Shown here in pieces: positions 26,461 to 40,670 of a stretch of DNA of 55,595 bases (the stretch's first letter is position 1; every line of letters starts with the position of its first letter). Under the pieces are notes generated by a model. The model was not told the origin of the DNA and searched no databases. It saw only the letters and a list, made by a program, of their open reading frames with translations. The position numbers were made by a program, and so were the translations under genes. Origin of the DNA: Octopus sinensis. Lineage: Eukaryota. The stretch spans positions 1 through 55,595 of the forward strand of contig NW_021834857.1 in NCBI RefSeq assembly GCF_006345805.1, written 5' to 3'.

Positions 26461-26786
26461 ATAAAGATTTCTTTTTAGACAATAAACACCCCTCCTCTCA
26501 CTCTCTAACACTTTGAACTCTATACCAAACTATATTTGAAGAAGACTTCAACGAAAAATCTCCCGGCATGTTCTTCACCCCAGTTTTTACTTCAAATTTT
26601 TATAAATTTTTACTGATATTTGATAAGAAGAGATACTTTGAAACCGGTAATATTTTCTTTATATAATTTTTTAAAATTATTTTTATCAATTTCCTTCTTA
26701 AATTGAGATATTTTAGACTTAATTCTCTGCTCTTTCCGCCTCCATCTTTTATATTATTACACACACCACACACACACACAACACAC

Positions 26787-26821
<35 letters not shown>

Positions 26822-26901
26822 TATATATATAAACATACATACATATATATGTTGTTTACAGTTTGTGACGTCTTGTGCCCATATATATATATATATATAT
26901 A

Positions 26902-26960
<59 letters not shown>

Positions 26961-26974
26961 ACAGAAAGATAGAG

Positions 26975-27009
<35 letters not shown>

Positions 27010-27013
27010 AAAC

Positions 27014-27066
<53 letters not shown>

Positions 27067-27568
27067 GAGCGAGATTGACTATCCAGAGGAAATAATAATT
27101 ATTGTCCTTTGGTGCTATCGTACACCATGACATGTCAACTGCACCGGATTCTTTGTTGGTTGATTTCGACATATTTTGGCGTCTAAAATTTCCTGTTTCT
27201 TATAGAATTTCCGTAATCTTGAAGTGACTCATCAAATAGTTATTTTGTTCAAGGTTAGCCTACCGTGTCACTCACCCTGGATAAGGTGCAGCACAGCATG
27301 AAAATGTGGGTGTATTAAGTCTGGAGAAAAGGGACTTTGTTTAGCGTTCTTAAGAGCCCTACAAGACGGGAGTAGGTTTCTAGGTTTATGTAAATATGTA
27401 TATGTGTGTATGTATACATGTATGTATACACGTATATACACACACATATACTTATATATACATACACACATAGATAAATGAATACATACACATATATGCC
27501 TATGTATGTGTATGTAATATATTATATGTTATATATGTGCGTGTGTGTGTATATATATATATATATAT

Positions 27569-27603
<35 letters not shown>

Positions 27604-28357
27604 GTATATATGTATGTATGTGTGTGTGTATGTATGTATATGCCACATAAAGGTATCCCACATTTTAACAAAGATTCCATTTTTTATAATGGTGAGAGCA
27701 ACAGAGGATGAAGAGGTGCCATAGCAACCAATTCTAAACACCCTGTACATCCAAGTGCAATGTCCTTTATACAGCGATCCCTACTCAAAGTAAAAGTGCA
27801 TCCGGGCTACAGTGAAAAAGAGGGGCTAGAAGACTACTCCCTCTAAATATAACAAGGGAAACCATCAACGCTACAACTTCTTCATCATGCCTATGCAAGC
27901 CGTGTGGCGAAATAGATCTCAAATGTTTCGTTTATCAGTAAAAAATATCCATTTCAATTTTGATGCAGAAACACCAAGTTATCGCCATATTTGTTTGGGA
28001 ACGAATGGTAAATAATTCTACAAGTAATGTCTTTGACTTTTGACCAAACTAGTTCCTCAGATGCTATAAGGATTCTTGACCAAGATTACCAGAACAATAA
28101 TAACCAGAACATAGACAAGGACTCATAAATGCTGTTCCTGGTGTTTTATATAAAAGTACCCCAGGGGTGGGGGCATGATATCTTCATGCAGATATCTGTA
28201 CAGGCAGTGTACAGGTACTATAATTTCAGAAACAGGGCCATGACTATTAATTAATAAGTCATATACATAAAGGAGGTATATACATGCAAGAACTACGCAT
28301 ACGAATACACTCGTGTTTATGTGTGTATGTATACATACATATATACATACATACACA

Positions 28358-28391
<34 letters not shown>

Positions 28392-28396
28392 ATAAT

Positions 28397-28441
<45 letters not shown>

Positions 28442-28458
28442 CATATAATATATATATA

Positions 28459-28900
28459 TATAATTTGTCGAACTGCACGACAAATGTCAACACGAGGTTT
28501 GGAGAGAGGCGACACAGTTCGGCCGATTATATTCAGTTACCTTCAAATGCCTCGTTCTGGCACGCTAAATTCCCGGATATAAATACTCCATAAGTAATTT
28601 ACTGCCAGTTTGAGAACATATTAATTTATAATTAAAGTAAAAATAAGGGTGAAAAAATTGGATATTAATTCAATAACACCAATTCAAACACCAAGTGGCT
28701 TAGCGTATAAAAGACTGGGATTCAGTAAATATTATTAATACAAAACTATGAGAGAATCCACTATGTGGACGCTCTTACGCTAGATATAGATCCGCAAAGG
28801 GAACGAGGGCATTTGAATGTAACTGTAAATATAATCGGCCGAACTGTTCGCCTCTCTCCAACCTCGTGTTGATATTTGCCGTGCAGTTCGGCAAATTATA
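28459..28900. mobile_element. MITE with about 100 bp terminal inverted repeats
   Basis: Left arm tataatttgtcgaactgcacgacaaatgtcaacacgagg...ttcaaatgcctcgttc matches the reverse complement of gaacgagggcatttgaa...cctcgtgttgatatttgccgtgcagttcggcaaattata with few mismatches. AT-rich core, no ORF. Confidence 0.85.
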
Positions 28901-28928
28901 TTTTTGACGTACTCCACAGAGTATATAT

Positions 28929-29068
28929 AGGCTTCTTTCAGTTTCCGTCAACAGGTCTGCCCGAGGCTATAGTAAAAGACATCTGCCCGAGGTGCCACGC
29001 AGAGAGACTGAACCCGGAACAATGTGGTCGGAAAGCATGTTTTATACCACACAGTCACTGCTGTGCCT
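28929..29068 (-). mobile_element. SINE 5' head (same family as 3557-3719)
   Basis: Reverse complement of gcttctttcagtttccgtc...ccgaggctatagtaaaagac...actgaacccggaac aligns to 3557-3719. Confidence 0.75.
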
Positions 29069-29164
29069 ATAAGTGTGTGTGTAAATGTGTGTGTGCACGC
29101 GTATGTGTGCGTGTGAGCGTGTTTGTGTGTGTGTATGTGTGTGTATGTGTGTGTATGTGTGTGT

Positions 29165-29209
<45 letters not shown>

Positions 29210-29661
29210 TGTGTCTTTCCGTTTAAATTGCTCACATTGTGATGTTGGGAGTGGAAATATGTTTAACGTGAGGCTTTCATTTTAGATTGTCAACAGTTTG
29301 ATCCACATGACCAACACTGACTAAATACTTCACAGAATGTACTCGATGACCTTAATTATGTCAAGTAACAAACAAACATTTCTCATAATGGCTTCATATT
29401 TTGGTATTTGTGAGGTAGAGACCAGTCATAGTGATCACCTGACCTACTAGAAGTAGCAGCCAAATCTCCATCAACCATCTACTTTGTCACCCTACAAAAA
29501 ATGTCTCACTGGATAATTTAGTCCTTGGTAGTCTGTGCTCGAATGAAAGATGGACTGGTTATATATGGCGTGTCTTTAATCTTTAATGATATGAATCCTG
29601 AACAACGCAGCTAAGCTCAAGTCAAACAGCAAGTACCTATACACACACACACACACACACA

Positions 29662-29702
<41 letters not shown>

Positions 29703-29704
<2 letters not shown>

Positions 29705-29870
29705 TAGAATTCACGAAAAAAAAAAAAGACGAAGACAGGTGGTGTAGACAACAAACAGATGTATTAGTATAACGCTCGGGAAGTGAAAAAGTCTTTAACG
29801 TTTCGAGCCTCCGCTCTTCAACAGAAAGGAACACAGAAAGAAACAAGGAGAGAAAATAAAGAATGTGTAG
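29703..29870 (-). mobile_element. pLTR-like family P1 copy with hammerhead-like motif
   Basis: The minus strand reads cctttctgttgaagagcggaggctcgaaacgttaaagac. Starts immediately after (AT)n. Confidence 0.7.
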
Positions 29871-31643
29871 TGGCTGGCGGCATACTATTTATGACACACT
29901 CTACATACACATAGACAAGAGATGCAAATTATCACGCTCTAGATATGCTAAATATAATATGCTAGATATACTAGGCATAATTGTAATAAGATAACTGGGT
30001 AACACTGTTAGTAGAATGGGTGGTGGTGGTAGTGGTGGTGGGTGGGGAGGGATAAGAGAAAATACAATAAAAATTAAATAAAATAATTAAAACAGGATAA
30101 AGTTCAATAAATGGTAGTCGGGTACAAAGGGGTTTGATTTTTTTAAAAGTTCACGGATATAATAGCTTTAAAGGTTTAAGGATTAATATTCGTAGAGAGG
30201 TAGGTAAATAAATAAACGGGTAGACAGGCAGATTGGTGATTCTATAACTAGATAGGCAGACAGACAGATCGATAGATCAATAGAAAGACAGATAGTTTAC
30301 CCCTCCATGTAATGTATGAACTGAAGTGAACCTCGCTGCTGGATGTTGGAGCTTATTTAGTGATCATTTTCGAATCGATAATTCTTCATCAATCTTTTTT
30401 AATTCTTATTTTCTGCTCTTTCCTGTTGAGGATTAGTTTTTCGCTCATTCATGATTAAAGATCCTGGAAGCAGTTGACGTGTTTCCATGCATCCAGCTTG
30501 TTACGGCGGCTTGGGTTAGGGGCTTGCTTCCTAATAAAGTGTACCTCTATTGTTTTACTTTATTTTATTTTTTCTCATCTTCCTCCTACGAATGCAGTTA
30601 CCTTGTTATACTAAAATCCACCCTTGTTGCCTCAGATACACCAACACATTAACCACACATAATATACGTTGCATGCTATAAATGCACACACACACATATA
30701 TAAATTGGTGCGGTGTTTGTAGGCGTAATTGTCATGTATAAGAGACAAAGAGCATTCAACGCCATCTTAGTACAATAGAACCGATTCAGCAGTTTTGAGT
30801 GGAAATGGTAGTCAGTTGAACTTGCTCGAACATCGAGCTTGTGTTCCTGATGAGTTAATTACATAATTATGACGTAAACGCCGAAACGATTCGTAATATT
30901 CCATGTTACTTGATATAAAAGTGTGTAAACACACGTATTAGATATGATATACGAGCCAACGAGTGACCCTATATGTGCTCCCTTGGCCTCGTAGAAATAG
31001 CAGCCAAATTTCCCTGCAATTACAACACTTTAATGACTCAAGAAGCGAGTCGTAAATGCAAAATGTATGAATAAAAGACGAGAGGGTCACAACGAGAACA
31101 TCTTTGATCTTCATCCTGGTGGATCAGAGCCAAGATGGACCTAAATATCAAGGACAGGAATGTCATCCTCCTCATCCTCCTGTTCGTCTTCTTCTTCCTC
31201 CTTTTTCTTGTCCTCTTCATCCTTATCATCATCATTATCCACATCGACGGCCACAGAAGGCAAAGAAGCAGCATCAACGACAATAACAACAGCATCCTCA
31301 TCACCCAGCAGCAGCAGCAGCAGCAGCAGCAGCCGCACAGCAACATCAGCAACAACAACAACGAAATATAGACCAGAGCCGAGAAGTTAATGTGACGTAA
31401 TCAGAGAGACGAAGGAAGACGGTCAGAAACGATGCGAGACATTTTGGTTATAGGCGCTCGTTTATAGGTGGCGTGGGGGTCATATTGTAAGGAAAATAGG
31501 GACTAAAATTGTTCCCTTCCTTACAGTTAAAGAAAGGATATGGTAGAGTAGGAGGAACGGTGGCGACGGTGGTGGTGATGGTGGTGGTGTTGGTAGTAGT
31601 GATGGTGTTGGTGATGGTGGCGACAATGACGGTGATGATGACT

Positions 31644-31699
<56 letters not shown>

Positions 31700-32357
31700 G
31701 GTGGTGGTGGTGGTGGTGGTGGTGGTGTGACATTATTTGGAAATTTTATTTTATTGATATTTCGGAAAATGAATATTTGTAAATAAAAGCAAAATTCAAA
31801 AAATTAAAACGTATTGAAAACTGGTTTAAAATAATATTGATATCTGGCAGTAAATAATATTGATTTATATTATTGATTTCTGTAATCAATTATTGTTTAT
31901 AAGAGATTTCTTAATAGGCTATCAATTTCTTCGTTTATTAATTTGAACTTCAAAAATGGAACCTTATGAAAACCTATTTACATCTACCTCTCCGATTGCC
32001 ATTAGGAATCTTGCTTAGGGGATGTGTACATAGTAACCTGGAACTAGAATTGCTAAAGTGCAACATATAATTCTTACGTACAAAACCACTGACGTTCAAG
32101 GTACGTTCAATTCTTAAGTTATTTCATTATATTTTCCAGTGAAGGACGCCATATTAATTTCGCTTCAACGGTAGGTTAAGTGACAGATTTTCTTCTGTTC
32201 AGTGTTAAAAAAGGAATTACCTGCCGTTTATAACATCACACAGGGGCAATTTTCACCAATACCACAACTTCTAAAGAAGATATAGGTTAAAATCCATTCA
32301 TGAACTACAGACATCCGAGAAGTAGCGTAAGGCCGACGACTACAGCGAAAGCTGAGG

Positions 32358-32550
32358 CATAACAGTTGTATCCACATCCAGTTCTGTTCAGCATGTCAGA
32401 TAAAGGTGTCAGTCCCAAGCGGAAGAGGAATGGAGAGAGTGTGTCTCTCTGGAGTGTTCCTCTTCTAATGGTGATAGCTTTGGTTTTTATGAGTCCCTCT
32501 TTTGTCTGGAACTGTTGCACTGTCTGCCATTTATTCGTGGAATGTTTTAT
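32358..32550 (-). mobile_element. Non-LTR RT fragment (R4/Dong-like)
   Basis: KWQTVQQFQTKEGLIKTKAITIRRGTLQRDTLSPFLFRLGLTPLSDMLNRTGCGY, a degenerate G.xQGD.LSP.LF motif. Confidence 0.7.
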
Positions 32551-32803
32551 GTGTTGTTGTTGTAGCTCTTCTTCTTCTAATTATTATATATTATCATCAT
32601 CATCATCATCATCATCATCATTATTATTATTATTATTATATTATTATTATTATTATTATTATTATAACAACAAAATCTTGTATTGCCAGAGATACGTCCA
32701 TATTTCATTGAAAATACCAGTGGAATCTGAGAAAAATAAGAAGTAACTGATACATTGACCGTTAACAACAACCCTAACCTGTAAAAATAATATATATATA
32801 TAT

Positions 32804-32960
32804 AGTTGAAATTTACAGAAAAACAAAAGACGAAAACAGGTGTATAAACAACAAGCTGGTGTATTAGTTTAACGCTCGGGGAGGTGAAAAACTTTTACGT
32901 TTCGAGCCTACGCTCTTCAACAGAAAGGAACACGAGGAAATAAACAGAGACAAAAAATAA
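32804..32960 (-). mobile_element. pLTR-like family P1 copy with hammerhead-like motif
   Basis: The minus strand reads cctttctgttgaagagcgtaggctcgaaacgtaaaag. Starts immediately after (AT)n. Confidence 0.7.
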
Positions 32961-33183
32961 ATATATCAAACTATTAATATTACATTCAGGTATACACGTT
33001 GCAATGTGCCCTTTAAAGCCCGTTCACAGTATGCGGCTACCTGATGTTATCAACAGTGTGGAGGTATATCCCGCTGGATTTACTTCAGAAATTGTTTTGG
33101 GACAGTTTATGAACATATCGAAGAAAATGAAATTCCCAAGACTCTTTATTCGTGAATTTCCTTTTCTTACACACACACGCGCA

Positions 33184-33225
<42 letters not shown>

Positions 33226-33229
33226 ACAC

Positions 33230-33281
<52 letters not shown>

Positions 33282-33617
33282 TATATATATTCTAACATAC
33301 ATGCAAGAATATTACTCCGAAATATATTTTTGAAATTGAAATATTATGATATGAAAGGGTTTCTTTGAGTGTTTTTCCTGGAACTGCTGTTGCAACTTCA
33401 GTGAGGAGAAGCAATTCGAATGGCGCAGCCGTTTTAGTTATGACCTGGACGGTTCCATATGTCCAAAATGGGACAGGGAAAAGGAGGAATATTTTCTCGA
33501 ATGTTTGCTACCTAAGAAAATATTGTGAACAAGTTTTCCATCGATTATTTGATATTCTTTGTGTAAATAGCAACAACTATCTATCTGTCTGTCTTTCTGC
33601 ATCTATATGTCTCTCTG

Positions 33618-33679
<62 letters not shown>

Positions 33680-34029
33680 TCTCTTCCTCCCACCCTTGAT
33701 GTAGTGGGGTCACTTACAGCACAAAATGGTAAATACTCTGAGTAGTGGAAGCGATCGATAAAAACCATGTTTTCTGAGAATCCTGACGTGATTCCCAAAT
33801 GAAGTTTCTGTCGATGATTTTTGATATTAAAAGGGAGATAATCTGTGAAAGTTATTGACCAAACGGCTATGGACACGTGACCACTGTGCCGTCCACTTAG
33901 TGAAGCCGCCTTGGAGTTTACACTGAACAGGGTTGGCGGTTTAATGATGCCAGTTTAATAATGCAGACACATTGCAGACAATCAATACACAGAGATATGG
34001 AGAGATGGACGTAGAGACAGACAGACAGA

Positions 34030-34039
34030 AATAGATAGT

Positions 34040-34091
<52 letters not shown>

Positions 34092-34118
34092 GAGATAGAG
34101 AGATAGATAGATAGATAA

Positions 34119-34202
<84 letters not shown>
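34030..34202. repeat. (GATA)n microsatellite
   Basis: Direct inspection. Confidence 0.95.
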
Positions 34203-34203
<1 letters not shown>

Positions 34204-34328
34204 ACCAGCTGACTCGAACAAAAATGAATCAAATATACTATCTCTGATTGGTATCAGATACACACACATACACAAATATAATACATATACATATACATAC
34301 ATATATGCAGAAATAAATACACACACAC

Positions 34329-34397
<69 letters not shown>

Positions 34398-34398
34398 C

Positions 34399-34432
<34 letters not shown>

Positions 34433-35359
34433 GCATATATATTTAAACATATATATAGATTTATACACACGTATACATATTCATATGTATATATGTATAT
34501 ATAAACATATATACATATACACGTATATACGTATATATATGTATACATACATATATATATATACTTATATACATATATATATATACGTACATATATACAT
34601 ATATATATATATATGCATGCTTATATACACATATATGTATCTATCAGTTATCATTATATTACTATGCCACCCTCTTCGCCGCACCCCTCTGCCCTATCCC
34701 ATCTCTCCACCCCAATGTTTCCTATTAATTTCTCTTATAGAGATAGGTCTTTGGATCTGAAGATGAAAATGTTTTCATCTCGCCACCACCTCCACCCCCA
34801 ACGCCTCCTCTCTTTGTCTCCTCTCTCGTTTTGCTTAATTGCCTGTCACTACCACCCTACACACTCCCCTTTCTCCTCACGCTCGTCCCTCTTCCTCCCT
34901 TATCTCACTTCGTCCCCCACCCTCAGCCACATAACTGCACACACACACACACACACACACGTATACTGACACGTGCACTTGCATATGCATGCGTGCATAA
35001 ATACAATCACAAACGCATACATACACATACGTATGAAAGATGCATATATTCATATACACACACGCATACACGCAGACGTATACACACGCATACTTATAGA
35101 TATATACACACACATAATGTACGTCATTGCACTGTTTTTTCAAACATTATACAGTGGCGCCCTCTTGTCCAACGATAACGACGATGATATGTCCACTGCC
35201 ACCCCCACCCCCGACCGCACTGACACAAAATGGTCCCTGAACACACATATACAACACACACACACACACACACACACACACTCAAACACACACAATTACG
35301 CACGGGCCAACACGTGCCCGGTGGATTATAAATTGTCTTTTGCGTGTAATTAGTGCAAC

Positions 35360-35406
<47 letters not shown>

Positions 35407-35807
35407 GTGTGTGTGTGTGTTTACACATACATGTACAGAGACATACACATTGATGTAGACATATATACAAATATTCATAGACATCTCTCTCTCTCTCTCT
35501 CTTTATACATACATATGTATATATACATATATATACATGTATATATATATGTGTGTATATGTATACATATATATGTGTGTGTGTGTGTACAAATGTTTGA
35601 ATACATGTGTGTGTGTGTGCTTTATTGTTACATAAATCAAAACTGACCCCTAAAAGGGAATCCCTACACATGGAGGGTGAGGGAGATTGAGAAACAAAAA
35701 CAGGAAAGAGTGGAGATAATTGCCTAACGATAAAATGTTTGTTTTGAAGGTGTGCGTCGATATACATACATACATACATACATACATGCATACATACATA
35801 CATACAT

Positions 35808-35858
<51 letters not shown>

Positions 35859-35889
35859 TATATATATAATATATATATATATATATTGA

Positions 35890-36137
35890 TAAAACGGTAA
35901 GATAACAAAAGAAAGAAGAGACCTCAATATTAGTAAATAGAGGAAATTTATCTATACAATATGTTACATAACTCGGTAGTCAAGATAAAACTCTGAGTTC
36001 AGATGCCGAAGTGGAAATCCACAACACCATCTCTTCGTTATCTGGCTATTATAGCCAGATAACCGAAGAGATGGTTGTGGATTTCCACTTCGGCATCTGA
36101 AACTCAGAGTTTTATCTGACTACCAGTAATGTAACAT

Positions 36138-36145
<8 letters not shown>
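35890..36145. mobile_element. pLTR-like element folded into a palindrome of about 190 bp
   Basis: Arms 35953-36049 and 36051-36145 around centre ctggctat-t-atagccag. Hammerhead-like motif at 36058-36116. (AT)n on both sides. Confidence 0.7.
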
Positions 36146-36183
<38 letters not shown>

Positions 36184-36829
36184 TACTTGTATTTATTATG
36201 TGTGTATACCAGTCGCCGTGAGGGAATACCAGTTATATACTGGGGCACGATTATGTGGTCTTGTTGCATTGTGTTCCCATTGCGTAAAGATTCGTCTTCA
36301 ACGCCCGATCTATAACTTGACCGAATTCTGGGGTTTTGCATTCACTTTTGCGTCAGTCACATTCCTGGCCATAAAGCCTGTTAATCCCCCTCCTGGGTCC
36401 TTCATCATGGCTTAAAAGTCGATATATTTATTTTTGTTGCTACATTGTGGAAAGAATTACTGCAAGTGAGAGATTTTAAGCTTACATTTGATATCTCATA
36501 ATTCCTCGGGAGGAAAGGTATGAGAGTCACCACTTCCCCTAGGAGAAATGTCAGTCATAAATGCTTGTTTCCCCATCCTTTCATTATATGATGGAGATCA
36601 TAGGTGACCGCCGCCGCCACTACCACCACCACCACTGCTACTTACACTTCCACCGTCAAGTGCCTTACTGAGGAAACCCTATGTCGTTACTGGGCCGTCT
36701 AAAAATTGCAGTCAAATCTTCCTCAAAGCACGATCTCACGATTTCAAAGTGGAGGGATATGCAGCATAATTTAGACCGGGAAAGTTAGGTTAATAGAAAT
36801 TAATACTTGATTAATAGAGAGAACAATCA

Positions 36830-37035
36830 AAACAAATAACAAAGGTGAAGAAACAATATTTGATATTTAAATAGTAAATAGAAAATATTCGTCTTGAACT
36901 TTCCTATTTTACCTGTTTCGAAGAAGAGTTATGCTCGGAACGTAAAACTACTACTCTTTTTCCTTCTCTGAGCGTCTTATTACTTCGTTGCTTGTTCTAC
37001 GTCCACAAGTTCTGATTTTTTCTTTTTCTTATTCT
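36830..37035 (+). mobile_element. Degenerate pLTR-like repeat
   Basis: gaagaagagttatgctcggaacgtaaaac resembles the GAAGAG..CTCGAAACGT motif of P1; the downstream ctgagcgtc...cttgttctacgtcc segment has similar architecture. Confidence 0.4.
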
Positions 37036-37085
37036 CTGATTTTTAATTTACACACTCTCTCTCTCTCTTTCTCCCTCTCTCTCTT

Positions 37086-37126
<41 letters not shown>

Positions 37127-37127
37127 C

Positions 37128-37159
<32 letters not shown>

Positions 37160-37160
<1 letters not shown>

Positions 37161-37727
37161 ATATCTTTTTAATTATATATTTAACTTTGCCTCCTATGTT
37201 TTCGATGTCTATAAAATAAAGTACCAGTCATATACTGGGGTTGGTTTACTCGGTTTATTCCACCCCCACCTCTGTCAGAGATTATCTGACTGTTTCGGCT
37301 GTTGTTATTGTGATTGTTGTCGTGGTGGTAGTTGTGTGGTGAATATTCTGATAGTCGTTATTGTTGTTGTTGTTTATGTTGTGGTAACTTTGATGATGCT
37401 GGTGGCGATGGTGCAGCTGACGGTGGTCGGTGTTACATTTAGATAACCTGGGGGGAGGGGGCGAGGGAGCAGTTGTGTAATGGATCAGCAATAAACTTTG
37501 ATGGAAGAAACAGACAAAACATTAACATGAACATGTAACTTGATTATTATTGCTGTAATTAAGAATAACGCATGCGCAAACAATTGCTACTTGTCCCACT
37601 CACCTAACTATATCAAATACACACCAGATTCGACCCTACAGACACACGCGCACGCACACACACGCACACACACACACACACACACACATATATTACAAAG
37701 TATGTATAAATGTGTTGCCAACAATGT

Positions 37728-37763
<36 letters not shown>

Positions 37764-38326
37764 CGTGTGTGTGTGTGTGCACGTATGTGTGTGTGCATGT
37801 GTGTGTGTGTGCACGCGCGCACGCACATACACACAATATATATATTGTATATATGAAATACTGAATGTGTGTGAGTGTGTGTGTATGATTGTTACATGTA
37901 TGCGTGTGTATATATTTATTGTTGAAAACAGAGGTATTTATGAGAGATGGATGTGGCGTAGTCGTCTGATTTCTTCAGTTGATATCGTCTGTTGCTGACG
38001 ATTCACGACCCCCATATTGCAATATGGCGTCTGTCGGCTGGACTGTTTGAGTGAGCTGGAAATAATGGCACACATTACATACACCCATACACTCATACAC
38101 ACACATTTACACACTCATGCTCACAACCACGTACACATGTTCACTCATACACACACATACACACTCATTCTCACACTCGTACACATGTACACTTATTCAC
38201 ACATAGACTTGTACCATTGCATATATACATAGACCCACACACGCATAGCCACATAACGTACACATCTAATAAAAATTGATGGTTTTTTATCAATGCAGAA
38301 AACATAACAACTTAGTAAGAAGCATA

Positions 38327-38369
<43 letters not shown>

Positions 38370-38939
38370 ATATATATATCTTTTTAATTTTATATTTAAC
38401 TTTGCCTCCTATGTTTTCGATGTCTATAAAATAAAGTACCAGTCATATACTGGGGTTGGTTTACTCGGTTTATTCCACCCCCACCTCTGTCAGAGATTAT
38501 CTGACTGTTTCGGCTGTTGTTATTGTGATTGTTGTCGTGGTGGTAGTTGTGTGGTGGAATATTCTGATAGTCGTATTGTTGTTGTTGTTTATGTTGTGGT
38601 AACTTTGATGATGCTGGTGGCGATGGTGCAGCTGACGGTGGTCGGTGTTACATTAGATAACCTGGGGGGAGGGGGCGAGGGAGCAGTTGTGTAATGGATC
38701 AGCAATAAACTTTGATGGAAGAAACAGACAAAACATTAACATGAACATGTAACTTGATTATTATTGCTGTAATGAAGAATAACGCATGCGCAAACAATTG
38801 CTACTTGTCCCACTCACCTAACTATATCAAATACACACCAGATTCGACCCTACAGACACACGCGCATGCACACACACGCACACACACACACACACACACA
38901 TATATTACAAAGTATGTATAAATGCGTTGCCAACAATGT

Positions 38940-38973
<34 letters not shown>

Positions 38974-39530
38974 CGTGTGTGTGTGTGTGCACGTATGTGT
39001 GTGTGCATATGTGTGTGTGTGCACGCGCGCACGCACATACACACAATATATATATTGTATATATGAAATACTGAATGTGTGTGAGTGTGTGTGTATGATT
39101 GTTACATGTATGCGTGTGTATATATTTATTGTTGAAAACAGAGGTATTTATGAGAGATGGATGTGGCGTATGTCGTCTGATTTCTTCAGTTGATATCGTC
39201 TGTTGCTGACGATTCACGACCACCATATTGCAATATGGCGTCTGTCGGCTGGACTGTTTGAGTGAGCTGGAAATAATGGCACACATTACATACACCCATA
39301 CACACTCATACACACACATTTACACTCATGCTCACACACGTACACATGTTCACTCATACACACACATACACACTCATTCTCACACTCGTACACATGTACA
39401 CTTATTCACACATAGACTTGTACCATTGCATATATACATAGACCCACACACGCATAGCCACATAAACGTACACATCTAATAAAAATTGATGGGTTTTTAT
39501 CAATGCAGAAAACATAACAACTAGTAAGAA

Positions 39531-39532
<2 letters not shown>
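37160..39532. repeat. Tandem duplication of a unit of about 1.2 kb (37160-38323 and 38375-39532)
   Basis: Both copies begin atcttttt aatt..atatttaactttgcctcctatg and end aacataacaac(t)tagtaagaagc. Period about 1215 bp. The copies differ mostly by single-base indels and microsatellite length. Confidence 0.95.
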
Positions 39533-39579
<47 letters not shown>

Positions 39580-39683
39580 CACACATACATGCATAATATA
39601 TACATATATATATATATATATGCATGTCTCTTACATATACACATACATGTATATCTATCTATCTATCTATATATATATATGTG

Positions 39684-39717
<34 letters not shown>

Positions 39718-40084
39718 CATTCATACATATATACATACATACACACATATATACGCACACACATTCACACACACTCACACGCACGCGCACTCACGTACAC
39801 ACACAAATGTAATTTTTTCATAAGGATTCATAAGAATCGGGGCACATGAACTCGCAGGACGCCAGAAAAGGCTAGTCACAATAACATGGAGCTCACAGTG
39901 AAATAAGCAGCATTGTAGACATACCGTAGATATGTAAGTACCAAATCCAATTTAAAACATAGATCCGACTGGCGTAGGCATAGTAAGTAAACACAAACGA
40001 CGGTGTTTAGATTTACGACAGCTGTTTCGATTCAATTTTATTCAATGTCGTCATAAAAGGTTGTATCATGATATATAATCCACC

Positions 40085-40240
40085 ATCATCAGGTAAGGGA
40101 CTACGAAGAAGGGGCTAACAAATTCAAAAGTTGTCGACTGACAGAGAGCTGAAAGGAGTGAATGCCATAGACGGGAAGAAAGACGACGGTGGTAGTGAGT
40201 TCCAGAGAACAGCAGTTCGAGCAGAGACGCAATCAGAATA
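40085..40240 (-). mobile_element. CR1/L2/Jockey-group LINE 3' remnant
   Basis: The minus strand reads SARTAVLWNSLPPSSFFPS, resembling the RT..LWN.LP..FP terminal motif. Confidence 0.45.
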
Positions 40241-40575
40241 AAAGGACTTACGACAAACTTCGCTTTTAATCATTTTATATTTTGGCAAAGATGTCTCACT
40301 CTTTTTACTTTAAATTCAGCATGAGCTGATAATGATGTGAAAATACAGCATCTAAAGGTCTTATAGTTCCTATTTCTTCTTCGCTATCATTTTCTTTTTA
40401 TCATGGTGTGATAAACAAGCATACACCCTTCTTAGTTACAGTTTCATTTGGTACCTATGGACTGTGAGTCGTCTAACACCCTATTATTTCCATAAAATGC
40501 ATCATAAAACTTGTAAACAAAGGAGAAATGTTTGGTAAAGAAACTTTGGTACTTCTTTGCATTTCTGTCTGTCTT

Positions 40576-40630
<55 letters not shown>

Positions 40631-40636
40631 GTTCTG

Positions 40637-40670
<34 letters not shown>

